The notes under the pieces are model-generated. The model was not told the origin of the DNA. It saw nothing but the letters and a program-made list of their open reading frames with translations, and ran no database searches. Below, piece by piece: positions 17,974-26,386 of a DNA stretch of 64,000 nucleotides. Each line of letters opens with the position of its first letter. The first letter of the stretch is position 1. The position numbers were made by a program, and so were the translations under genes. Source of the DNA: Thermoanaerobaculia bacterium (GTDB taxonomy: Bacteria > Acidobacteriota > Thermoanaerobaculia > Gp7-AA8); contig DASPHZ010000030.1 of assembly GCA_035629395.1 (NCBI GenBank), positions 25,440 through 89,439 on the forward strand. Reading direction: 5' to 3'.

Positions 17974-19599
17974 ATGGCAAGAACCCCACTCTTCTCTCTC
18001 GTCCAACGTTCCCTCCGTCTCGCCGCCTTCGCCTCCAAATCGGAAGGGCTGCCGGCCGATGAAATCGTCGACCGCGTGCTCGAAGGCGAAATGCCCGGCG
18101 TGTCCCGCCGCCAGTTCTTCCGGACGGCGGCCGCCGCGGGCGTCGTCGCCTCGACGCCGGATCTCTTCAGCGCCTTCGGCCAGACGGGCGGCCTCAAGCC
18201 GCGTACGGCCATCGTCGGCGCCGGCATCGCCGGTCTGAACTGCGCGTACAAGCTCCGCAAAGCGGGAGTGCCGGTGCACGTCTTCGAAGCATCGAGCCGC
18301 TCCGGCGGGCGCATGTTCACCGCCAACAACCTGCTCGCGCCCGGTATCACGACGGAGCTGGGCGGGGAGTTCATCGACAGCGGCCACGAAGAGCTGCTCA
18401 GCCTCGTCAAAGAGTTCAAGCTCGGGATGTACGACTTCCGGAAGCCGAGCAAGATCAAGGCGGAGGCGTTCTTCTTCGACGGCCGCCACTACAGCGAGAA
18501 GGACGTGGTCAAGGCCTTCATCCCGCTGGCCCGCAAGATCGCGAAAGACTACGACTCCCTCGGCGAAGAGGTCAGTTATCGCGACCACGGAAACGGCAAA
18601 GAGCTCGACAACACCTCGATCGCCGAATACCTCGACAAGATCGGCGCACGCGGCTGGGTCCGCGAGCTCCTGCACGTCGCCTACGTCACCGAATACGGCC
18701 TCGAAGCGGAGCAGCAGTCGTCACTGAATCTCATTCAGATGATCGGCACCGACACGAGCGAAGGTTTCAAACCGTTCGGCGACAGCGACGAGCGGTTCAC
18801 GGTCAAGGGTGGCAACGAGCGGGTGGTCGTGGAGCTCGCGAACCGTCTCGACCAAGGGATCGTCTCCCTCCGCCACCGGCTGACCGCCATCTCGGCCAAA
18901 GGCAAAGGCTACGTCCTCACCTTCGAAGGCCCGAACGGCACGCCGTTCGATCGCGACTTCGACACGGTCGTCCTCACACTCCCGTTCACCATGCTGCGCG
19001 AAGTCGACATCCGCGTTCCGCTTCCCGCCGTGAAGCTCAAGGCGATCAAGGAGCTCGGCTACGGCACGAACGCGAAAGTGCTCGCGGGCTTCCACGCGCG
19101 GCAGTGGAAGAATCTCGGCTACCGCGGCAACACCCTGAGCGACGAACGCTTCCAGCTCTGCTGGGACAACGCCGCGCTGCAGCCGGGCACGAGCAGCGGC
19201 ATCACGTTCTATTCGGGCGGCAAGCTCGGCATCGAAGCGGGCGAGGGCACCGCGCAGGAAGCCGTGGCGCGGCTGATGCCGGGGCTCGAGCGCGCGTATC
19301 CCGGCTCGGCGAAACAGCACAACGGAAACGTGTCGCGGTTCCACTGGCCGACGCACCCGTTCACGAAAGGGTCCTACGCCGCGTATCTGCCGGGGCAGTG
19401 GACCTCCATCGGCGGCGCGGAAGGGGAGTCCGTCGGCAACCTCCATTTCGCCGGCGAGCACACGAGCGTCGACTTCCAGGGCTACATGAACGGCGGCGCG
19501 CAATCGGGCGCGGATGCCGCGAAAGCGGTGCTGGCGTCGGTGAGTGAGAAGGCGGCGCGCCTGTTCGTGCGGCGCTCCTCCGCCCGTCTCTGGGCCTGA
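17974..19599 (+). CDS. Flavin-containing amine oxidase family protein with Tat signal peptide
   Basis: Twin-arginine motif SRRQFFRTAAAAG; FAD dinucleotide-binding motif AIVGAGIAGLNCAYKL...VFEASSRSGGR. Confidence 0.8.
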   Translation: MARTPLFSLVQRSLRLAAFASKSEGLPADEIVDRVLEGEMPGVSRRQFFRTAAAAGVVASTPDLFSAFGQTGGLKPRTAIVGAGIAGLNCAYKLRKAGVPVHVFEASSRSGGRMFTANNLLAPGITTELGGEFIDSGHEELLSLVKEFKLGMYDFRKPSKIKAEAFFFDGRHYSEKDVVKAFIPLARKIAKDYDSLGEEVSYRDHGNGKELDNTSIAEYLDKIGARGWVRELLHVAYVTEYGLEAEQQSSLNLIQMIGTDTSEGFKPFGDSDERFTVKGGNERVVVELANRLDQGIVSLRHRLTAISAKGKGYVLTFEGPNGTPFDRDFDTVVLTLPFTMLREVDIRVPLPAVKLKAIKELGYGTNAKVLAGFHARQWKNLGYRGNTLSDERFQLCWDNAALQPGTSSGITFYSGGKLGIEAGEGTAQEAVARLMPGLERAYPGSAKQHNGNVSRFHWPTHPFTKGSYAAYLPGQWTSIGGAEGESVGNLHFAGEHTSVDFQGYMNGGAQSGADAAKAVLASVSEKAARLFVRRSSARLWA

Positions 19600-19606
19600 C
19601 GATTCA

Positions 19607-19637
19607 CGGAGTGCGGAGGCAGCGCCTCCGCACTCCG
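19607..19637. terminator. Perfect 14-bp stem / 3-nt loop hairpin between convergent amine oxidase and pspA genes (no U tract)
   Basis: cggagtgcggaggc-agc-gcctccgcactccg. Confidence 0.45.
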
Positions 19638-19639
19638 GA

Positions 19640-20344
19640 TCACATCGTCTTCTGTCCCTGGGCCGCCTGTTGCGCGGCCTTGCGTGCCTTCAGCTCCGCC
19701 AGCTCCTGCTTGGCCTGCACGTCGCCGACCTGATTGCGCAGGTTCGCGAGGCGGCCGTCGAGCGACGTATCGGAGAGCTCCTTGCCGAGGTTCGCTTCGG
19801 CGATCGTGTTGCGGATGTGCGTGCGGACGTTGTCGAGCGCGCGCACCTCGTCGTCGACGGAGAGCCCGTCGAGCTGCTCCTGGATGCGCATGCGCGCCTG
19901 CGCCGACTGCATCTTCGCCAGCATCGAATCGCGCTCCGCTTTCAGCTTGCGGATCTCTCCCTGCACCGACAGCAGCGACGACTTCGCGGAGTCCGCGTCG
20001 CCGCGCGCCGCTTCGAGGTCGGCCTTCAGTTCCTCGATCTGGCCGAGGAGCTGGTTCTTCTTCTGGATCAGCACGACCGCGAGATCGTCCTGGCTCGTCT
20101 CCACCGCGGTGTTGAGCTCCGCTTCGGTCTGCTGCAGCTCGCCGGTGGCGTGTTTGAAGCGCTCCTCGAGATCCTCGCGGCGGCGGATGATCGCGGCCGT
20201 CGCGCTCTTGAGCTTCGCGTACTTGCCGACCATCGAGTTGATGGCGTTCTCGTACGCGATCTCCGGATGCTCCTTCTCGATGCCCGAGATCCACAACGAA
20301 AGGAACCCTCTCCACAAATTGCGGACACGCGATATCAGGCCCAT
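19640..20344 (-). CDS. pspA: PspA/IM30 (Vipp1) family protein
   Basis: [35 protein letters not shown]..., long coiled coil, typical PspA N-terminus. Confidence 0.9.
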   Translation of the reverse strand: MGLISRVRNLWRGFLSLWISGIEKEHPEIAYENAINSMVGKYAKLKSATAAIIRRREDLEERFKHATGELQQTEAELNTAVETSQDDLAVVLIQKKNQLLGQIEELKADLEAARGDADSAKSSLLSVQGEIRKLKAERDSMLAKMQSAQARMRIQEQLDGLSVDDEVRALDNVRTHIRNTIAEANLGKELSDTSLDGRLANLRNQVGDVQAKQELAELKARKAAQQAAQGQKTM

Positions 20345-20352
20345 GACTCTCC

Positions 20353-21009
20353 TCAGTTCCCGCTCTTCGGTTCGTGCAGCTTCGGAGACTCGCGCACGAC
20401 CTTGGCGACGGCGTCCTGCCCGAAGAACTCGAGGACTTTCTGCACCTCGAGCTTCTTCGCGTTGCAGGCACGCATGACTTTGTGTTGTTCGTCGACGCGC
20501 TGCTGCATCGCCCTGCGCAACAGCGCGATCTGCTCCTCGAGGGCGCGGATGTCGGTCTCGCCCTGGGCGGTCACCTGCTCGGTATCGCGCGCGCTGCCGC
20601 GGATGTAGGCCTCGAGCGCCTGGAGCTGCTCCGCGCCCGACTCGATGATCTTCTCGATCGGCACACCGAACGCGCGCAGCGACGCCATGACGATCTGCCG
20701 CTTGACGGCGTCGTCGGTGTCGGGTGGGAGAGAATTCAGCAGCTCGAGGGTCCGCGACACGCGCTCGTGCTCCTCGGCCGTGATGCCCGCGGCTTCGTAC
20801 ACGCTCCCGAAGTCGACTTCCCCCGCGGGCGCGGGGGGCGGCTCGGAGGTGAAGACCGGCAGATCGTCCGGCTCCGCCTGCGCGGCCTGCCGGATCAGCT
20901 CATCCTCATCGGCCGCGGCGACCGGTTCCGGGACCTCGCCCTCACCCGCCGCATCCTGGACGATGAACCACCCCTTGACCGTGGCTCCCCAACCCTTTTT
21001 GTCGGACAT
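20353..21009 (-). CDS. Hypothetical acidic protein encoded immediately upstream of pspA (likely co-transcribed)
   Basis: 8-nt spacing to pspA; no recognisable motif. Confidence 0.55.
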   Translation of the reverse strand: MSDKKGWGATVKGWFIVQDAAGEGEVPEPVAAADEDELIRQAAQAEPDDLPVFTSEPPPAPAGEVDFGSVYEAAGITAEEHERVSRTLELLNSLPPDTDDAVKRQIVMASLRAFGVPIEKIIESGAEQLQALEAYIRGSARDTEQVTAQGETDIRALEEQIALLRRAMQQRVDEQHKVMRACNAKKLEVQKVLEFFGQDAVAKVVRESPKLHEPKSGN

Positions 21010-21233
21010 GAGGCCGCGAATATAGCAGGGGTGGGAGTGGGAAAAACAGATGAGGCGAAGGCGTCGTGCGCGGCAGGAATCACTTTGCCGGCAGTGACTG
21101 CACCGGGTTGCCGGCGACGTCCTGCTGGTTGTTCAGCACGGCGTTGTTCGTAAAGCCGATCACCGTGCCTCCCGGGTGCGGCGTTCCCCTCCGCGGCCTC
21201 TGTGCGGCGCGACAGTTGCTCCGGGGAGCGGGC

Positions 21234-21431
21234 ATGAACAGCACGCTTCGCGGCATCGGCATTCGCGCGATGATCCTCGTCATCGGCATCGTTCTCGTCG
21301 GGATCTGGCTCGCGTCGCTGGCGCTGAAGATTGCCGGAGCGGCGATTCATTTCCTGCTCGTCGTCGGTCTGCTGCTCGTCGTCGCGGCCGTGCTGAGCTA
21401 CCTTGTGCACCGCTTCAAGCGACGCGCATAG
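21234..21431 (+). CDS. Possible small two-TM membrane protein (65 aa)
   Basis: MNSTLRGIGIRAMILVIGIVLVGIWLASLALKIAGAAIHFLLVVGLLLVVAAVLSYLV. Confidence 0.35.
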   Translation: MNSTLRGIGIRAMILVIGIVLVGIWLASLALKIAGAAIHFLLVVGLLLVVAAVLSYLVHRFKRRA

Positions 21432-21615
21432 GGAGCAACTCGACGCTGCGACGTCAGCAGGATCGGCCGCGTGCAGCAGTGGAGTCGGCCGATCGACGTC
21501 GATGGCGCAGCTCTCCTCCGTCGCGGAACCGCAGCCTCGGCCGTACTCGACGAAAAGCTGGAACCGAAGTGGAATACCACCAACATCCGGTTGCGGATCA
21601 TGGAGGGGTGAATCG

Positions 21616-22443
21616 ATGAAAGACGAACACGAAGACGAGACCTCCGAGGTCGAGCTGAGTGAGGATGAGAAAGCGCTGCTCGAGGAAATGCCGGCGCTGA
21701 CCGGCGTCGGCCACACCCGCCGCGCCTTCCTCGGCACGTCGATCGCGGGCGGGCTCGGGTTTTTTGCGCTCGACCTTCTTGCGCGGGAGGAGGCGCTCGC
21801 GGCGCTGCAGGCCGCGCCCGACGCGGTGCTCGCGCCCGATGCCATGGCGCAGAACCTCGTGAAGGTGGCGTTTCGGGTCAACGGCGCGACGAAGACGCTC
21901 GAGCTCGACTCGCGCGTCGTGCTGCTCGATGCATTGCGCGAGCGTCTCGCCCTGACCGGCTCCAAGAAAGGCTGCGATCAGGGACAGTGCGGCGCATGCA
22001 CGGTCATCGTCGACGGCCGCCGCGTCCTCTCCTGCCTCACGCTCACCGCCACGGTCGAGGGGAAGGAAGTCACCACCGTCGAAGGCCTCGTGAAAGGCGA
22101 TCAGCTTCATCCGATGCAGGCCGCGTTCATCAAGTACGACGCCTTCCAGTGCGGCTACTGCACGCCCGGCCAGCTCTGCTCTGCCGTTGCGCTCCTCGAC
22201 GAAGCCAGGCGTGGCGACGTGAGCCACGTGACCGAGGACGTCACGGTGACGGCCACGACGCTCACCGACGACCAGATCCGCGAGCGGATGAGCGGCAACA
22301 TCTGCCGCTGCGGCGCCTATCCCGGCATCGTCGCCGCGATTCAGGAAGTGCACTCCGGCAGACAGACGCAGCACACGTGGCGCTTCGTCGATGAAGAGCA
22401 GTTGGCGCGTATCCGGGAGGAGGACGGCATTGAGACCGTTTAA
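21616..22443 (+). CDS. Periplasmic aldehyde oxidoreductase (2Fe-2S)-binding subunit, PaoA-like, with Tat signal
   Basis: Tat motif TRRAFLGTSIAGG; two [2Fe-2S] motifs (CDQGQCGACTV and CGYCTPG...CRCGAY). Confidence 0.85.
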   Translation: MKDEHEDETSEVELSEDEKALLEEMPALTGVGHTRRAFLGTSIAGGLGFFALDLLAREEALAALQAAPDAVLAPDAMAQNLVKVAFRVNGATKTLELDSRVVLLDALRERLALTGSKKGCDQGQCGACTVIVDGRRVLSCLTLTATVEGKEVTTVEGLVKGDQLHPMQAAFIKYDAFQCGYCTPGQLCSAVALLDEARRGDVSHVTEDVTVTATTLTDDQIRERMSGNICRCGAYPGIVAAIQEVHSGRQTQHTWRFVDEEQLARIREEDGIETV

Positions 22444-23416
22444 ATACGTCCGCGCTGGAAATCCGAATGGCGCCGCGCGCGCCGTCGGCGCGAACCCGAA
22501 CGCGAAGTTCCTCGCGGGCGGGACGAACATCCTCGACCTCATGAAAGAGGACGTCGAACGTCCGAACGAGCTGGTGGACGTCACGCGCCTCGCGCTCAAA
22601 GAGATCAAGCCGTTGCGCGGCGGCGTCTCGATCGGTGCACTGGCGACGAACACCGAGACCGCGAACAACGCGCTGATCCGCAACAACTATCCGCTGCTGT
22701 CGCAGGCGATCGTGGCGGGTGCGTCGGCGCAGCTCCGCAACATGGCCACGAACGGCGGCAACCTCCTGCAGCGCACGCGTTGCCAGTACTTCTACGACAC
22801 GGCCATGCCGTGCAACAAACGCGAGCCCGGCACGGGTTGCGGCGCGCTGCAGGGACTGAACCGCTATCACGCGATCTTCGGCTGGAGCGAGGCGTGTGTC
22901 GCGACGTATCCGGGAGACATGGCCACGGCGCTGTACGCGCTCGAAGCAGTCGTGCGCGTGCGCGCCGCGGACGGACGCGAGCGCGCGATTCCGATCCACG
23001 ACTTCCATCGCCTTCCCGGCGATGCACCGCAGAAAGACACGAACCTCGAGCATGGGGAGCTGATCGTCGCGATCGAGCTGCCGAAGTCGAATTTCGCCGC
23101 GAACTCGTACTACCTCAAAGTGCGCGAGCGTGCGTCGTACGCGTTCGCGCTCGTCTCCGTGGCCGCGGCAGTGGAGCTCGCAGGCGGCACGATCCGGCAG
23201 GCCCGCGTCGTCCTCGGCAGCGTCGCGCACAAACCGTGGCGCAGCGCGGAGGCCGAGGCGGCGCTCGCCGGACGGCCCGCCACGGAAGAGAGCTTCCGCG
23301 CCGCGGCCGAAGCGGCCATGCAGGGCGCGAAGCCGCTCACGCACAACGCCTACAAAGTCGAGCTGGGGAGACGGGCCATCGTCCGCGCGCTGATGCGTGC
23401 GAGCCGGCTCGCGTGA
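22430..23416 (+). CDS. Xanthine dehydrogenase-family FAD-binding subunit (PaoB-like); probable TTG start after GGAGGA
   Basis: FKYVRAG...FLAGGTNILDLMK FAD-binding fold; four spaced Cys (RCQ, PCN, GCG, ACV) compatible with a PaoB-type [4Fe-4S]. Confidence 0.8.
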   Translation: MRPFKYVRAGNPNGAARAVGANPNAKFLAGGTNILDLMKEDVERPNELVDVTRLALKEIKPLRGGVSIGALATNTETANNALIRNNYPLLSQAIVAGASAQLRNMATNGGNLLQRTRCQYFYDTAMPCNKREPGTGCGALQGLNRYHAIFGWSEACVATYPGDMATALYALEAVVRVRAADGRERAIPIHDFHRLPGDAPQKDTNLEHGELIVAIELPKSNFAANSYYLKVRERASYAFALVSVAAAVELAGGTIRQARVVLGSVAHKPWRSAEAEAALAGRPATEESFRAAAEAAMQGAKPLTHNAYKVELGRRAIVRALMRASRLA

Positions 23417-23427
23417 CGGAGGACCGC

Positions 23428-25641
23428 ATGCCGAGATACATCGGAAAAGAGATGAGCCGCGTCGACGGCGTGGCGAAAGTAACGGGAAAAGCCAAGTACG
23501 CGGCCGAGTTTCAGGTGCCGAACCTCGCCCACGGATTCATCGTGCTGGGCACCATCACCAAAGGCACGATCGCGTCGATCGACACACGCGAAGCGGAACG
23601 CGCACCCGGCGTCGTGCGCGTCTTCACTCACCTCAACACGCCGCGCATGGGACCGGGGTCGCACGAGGACGCGCCGCCGCGCGGCACGCAGCCGGAAGAA
23701 GACAAGTCGTTCCGCCCGCTGCAGTCGGCGCGGATCTACTTCAACCGGCAGCCGGTCGCGCTCGTGGTCGCCGAGACCTTCGAGCAGGCGCGGCACGCGG
23801 CGCGGCTCGTCAAGATCACGTACAACGCGGAGCGGCACGAGACGAATACCGAGGCGGTGCGCGATCGCGCACGCGTCGCCGCGCGTACGCCTCCCCCGGT
23901 GCGCGGAAACCCCGAGGAGGCGATGCGGAGCGCGCCGGTGAAGGTCGAGGCGGAGTACCGCATCCCGATCGAGCACCACAACCCGATGGAGCCGCACGCC
24001 GCCATCGCCGTGTGGCAGGGCGACAAGCTCACGATCTTCGACAAGACGCAGGAGGTCTACAACGTTCGCGCGCATCTCGCGAACCGGCTCGGTGTCCCGG
24101 AGGAGAACATCACCGTCATCTCGCCATTCGTCGGCGGCGCGTTCGGCTCCTCGCTGCGCCCGAACTACTACCCCGCCCTGACCGCGATGGCGGCGCGCGA
24201 GCTGAAGCGCCCCGTGAAAGTCGTCTACACGCGCACGCACATGTACAGCGGCCATGGCTACCGGCCGTACACGATCCAGCACATCGCGCTGGGCGCGGAT
24301 CAGTCGGGGAAGCTCGCTTCGATGATTCACGAGGTCGTGCACAACACGTCGTCGTTCGAAGACTTCAACGACGGCACGACCAATTTCACGCGTCAGGTGT
24401 ACGCGTGCCCGAATCTCAACGCGCCGCTGAAGATCACGAACACGGACCTCAACACGCCCACGTGGATGCGCGCGCCGGGTGCGGTCAGCGGCATGTTCGC
24501 GCTCGAATGCGCGATGGACGAGCTGGCGTACGCGCTGAAGATGGACCCGCTCGAACTGCGGCTCGTCAATTACGCGGAAGTCGATCCGCAGAGCGGCAAG
24601 CCGTGGTCGAGCAAAGCGCTGCGCGAGTGCTATCGCCTCGGCGCGGAGAAGTTCGGGTGGAAGAACCGCAAGTACGAACCGCGGTCGATGCGCGACGGAC
24701 GGCTGCTCGTCGGCTGGGGCATGGCCACCGGCGTCTGGGGCGCGTTCCAGCGCGAGGCGAGTGCGCAGATCACGCTGCGCGCGGACGGCACGGCGCACGT
24801 CACGAGCGCAACCAGCGACATCGGTCCCGGCACTTACACCGTCATGACGATGATCGCCGCCGAGTACCTCGGCATCCCGCCGGAACGCGTGACGTTCGAG
24901 CTCGGCGACACGCGCTTCCCGCGCGCACCGTCGCAGGGCGGCTCGCAGACGACGTCCAGCGTCGGCTCGGCGGTGATGGGCGCTTCGCTGGCGGTCGGCG
25001 CGAAGCTGCTGTCGCTCGCGAGAAAAGATCTGAGCTCCCCGCTGAGCGGCGCCGTCGGAGCGGACGTGGAGATGCTCGACGGCCGGCTGCAGCTCAAAGC
25101 CGACCCGTCGCGCTTCGTCGACATCGCGGAGGTGATGCGGCGCAACGGCCTCACTGAGATTACCGAGACCTTCCGCTCGCAGCCGTCGCCCGAGCGCAAC
25201 AACTACGCGCTCCTCGCGCACGGCGCGCAGTTCATCGAGGTGAAGGTCGACCCCGACATCGGCCAGGTGCGCGTCACGCGCGCGATCGAGGTGACGGCCT
25301 GCGGCAAGATCATCAACCCGAAGGCCTCGCACAGCCAGGAGATCGGCGGCGTCGTCTGGGGCATCGGCATGGCACTGCAGGAGGCGACGGAGATCGATCA
25401 CCGCTTCGGCCGGATCATGAACCCGAACCTGCAGCACTACCACGTACCGGTCAACGCGGACATCCACCAGATCGAGACGATGTTCGTCGAAGAGGATGAC
25501 CGCATCGTGAATCCGCTCGGCGTGAAAGGCATGGGCGAGCTGGGGATGGTGGGCATTCCGGCGGCGATCGCGAATGCGGTCTTTCACGCGACGGGCAAAC
25601 GCGTGCGCGACCTGCCGATCACACCCGACAAGCTGTTGTGA
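23428..25641 (+). CDS. Xanthine dehydrogenase-family molybdopterin-binding large subunit (PaoC-like)
   Basis: MPRYIGKEMSRVDGVAKVTGKAKYAAEF... Ald_Xan_dh_C / Mo-binding motifs throughout (about 737 aa). Confidence 0.85.
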   Translation: MPRYIGKEMSRVDGVAKVTGKAKYAAEFQVPNLAHGFIVLGTITKGTIASIDTREAERAPGVVRVFTHLNTPRMGPGSHEDAPPRGTQPEEDKSFRPLQSARIYFNRQPVALVVAETFEQARHAARLVKITYNAERHETNTEAVRDRARVAARTPPPVRGNPEEAMRSAPVKVEAEYRIPIEHHNPMEPHAAIAVWQGDKLTIFDKTQEVYNVRAHLANRLGVPEENITVISPFVGGAFGSSLRPNYYPALTAMAARELKRPVKVVYTRTHMYSGHGYRPYTIQHIALGADQSGKLASMIHEVVHNTSSFEDFNDGTTNFTRQVYACPNLNAPLKITNTDLNTPTWMRAPGAVSGMFALECAMDELAYALKMDPLELRLVNYAEVDPQSGKPWSSKALRECYRLGAEKFGWKNRKYEPRSMRDGRLLVGWGMATGVWGAFQREASAQITLRADGTAHVTSATSDIGPGTYTVMTMIAAEYLGIPPERVTFELGDTRFPRAPSQGGSQTTSSVGSAVMGASLAVGAKLLSLARKDLSSPLSGAVGADVEMLDGRLQLKADPSRFVDIAEVMRRNGLTEITETFRSQPSPERNNYALLAHGAQFIEVKVDPDIGQVRVTRAIEVTACGKIINPKASHSQEIGGVVWGIGMALQEATEIDHRFGRIMNPNLQHYHVPVNADIHQIETMFVEEDDRIVNPLGVKGMGELGMVGIPAAIANAVFHATGKRVRDLPITPDKLL

Positions 25642-25665
25642 ATCGTGCAGTAAGCTTCGTCCTGC

Positions 25666-26328
25666 ATGAAGAACGACGAATCGACTCAGTACGACGCGCT
25701 CGTCCATGACCGCGGGCTGCTCACCGGCCCGCGGCCGACGGTCGATCGCGAGCAGCTGCAGCACCATCTCCGCGAGGCGCTGCGCCTGCTGCACGTCGAC
25801 CTCGAGGACGAGAACGTGCTCGACACGCCGCGCCGCTGGGCGGAATCGCTCGTGACGATGACGAGCGGCTACGACTACACGGACGTCAAGAAGTTGACGA
25901 CCCTGTTCCGCAAGGCGTGTTCGACGGCGGACGAAAAGTGCCAGAACCTGGTCGTCATCGGCGGCACGTACAAGACCCTCTGCGCGCACCACATCCTGCC
26001 GTTCTTCGGCCGCTTCATCATCGGTTACATCCCCGAAAAGATGATCATCGGCGCGTCGAAGATCCCGCGCATCGTGGAAGTGCACATGCGCCGGCTGCAG
26101 TCGCAGGAGCACCTCGCGCACGACGTCGCGGACACGATCGAGAAGATCCTCGAGCCGCGCGGCATCGCCGTGTGGATGGGGGGCGTGCACCTCTGCATGG
26201 TCATGCGCGGCGTGGAGCAGGAATCGTCGTTCATGGAGACCAACGTCCTGCGCGGCGAGTTCCTCAACGACGAACGCACGCGGCAGGAGTTCATGTCGAT
26301 CGTGAACCGGCGCGGCTCGAAAGACTAG
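25666..26328 (+). CDS. folE: GTP cyclohydrolase I
   Basis: CAHHILPFFG...VHLCMVMRGV catalytic motifs. Confidence 0.85.
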   Translation: MKNDESTQYDALVHDRGLLTGPRPTVDREQLQHHLREALRLLHVDLEDENVLDTPRRWAESLVTMTSGYDYTDVKKLTTLFRKACSTADEKCQNLVVIGGTYKTLCAHHILPFFGRFIIGYIPEKMIIGASKIPRIVEVHMRRLQSQEHLAHDVADTIEKILEPRGIAVWMGGVHLCMVMRGVEQESSFMETNVLRGEFLNDERTRQEFMSIVNRRGSKD

Positions 26329-26386
26329 GCGCAAGGACTCGCGGAAAACCCGCGCGTCCCTTCGCCGTACAACAGGAGACGACTCC

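Noticed and set aside
21010-21233. Sigma-54 (-24/-12 TGGCAC-N5-TTGC) promoter upstream of the pspA operon
   Set aside because: Only a weak partial match (TGCACC-N4-TTGCC) on the wrong strand for pspA; not convincing.
22780-23427. Upstream extension of the Moco subunit ORF, and ATG 22391 start for the FAD subunit
   Set aside because: The extension overlaps the FAD subunit in another frame. TTG 22430 preceded by GGAGGA gives the conserved N-terminus (RPFKYVRAG).
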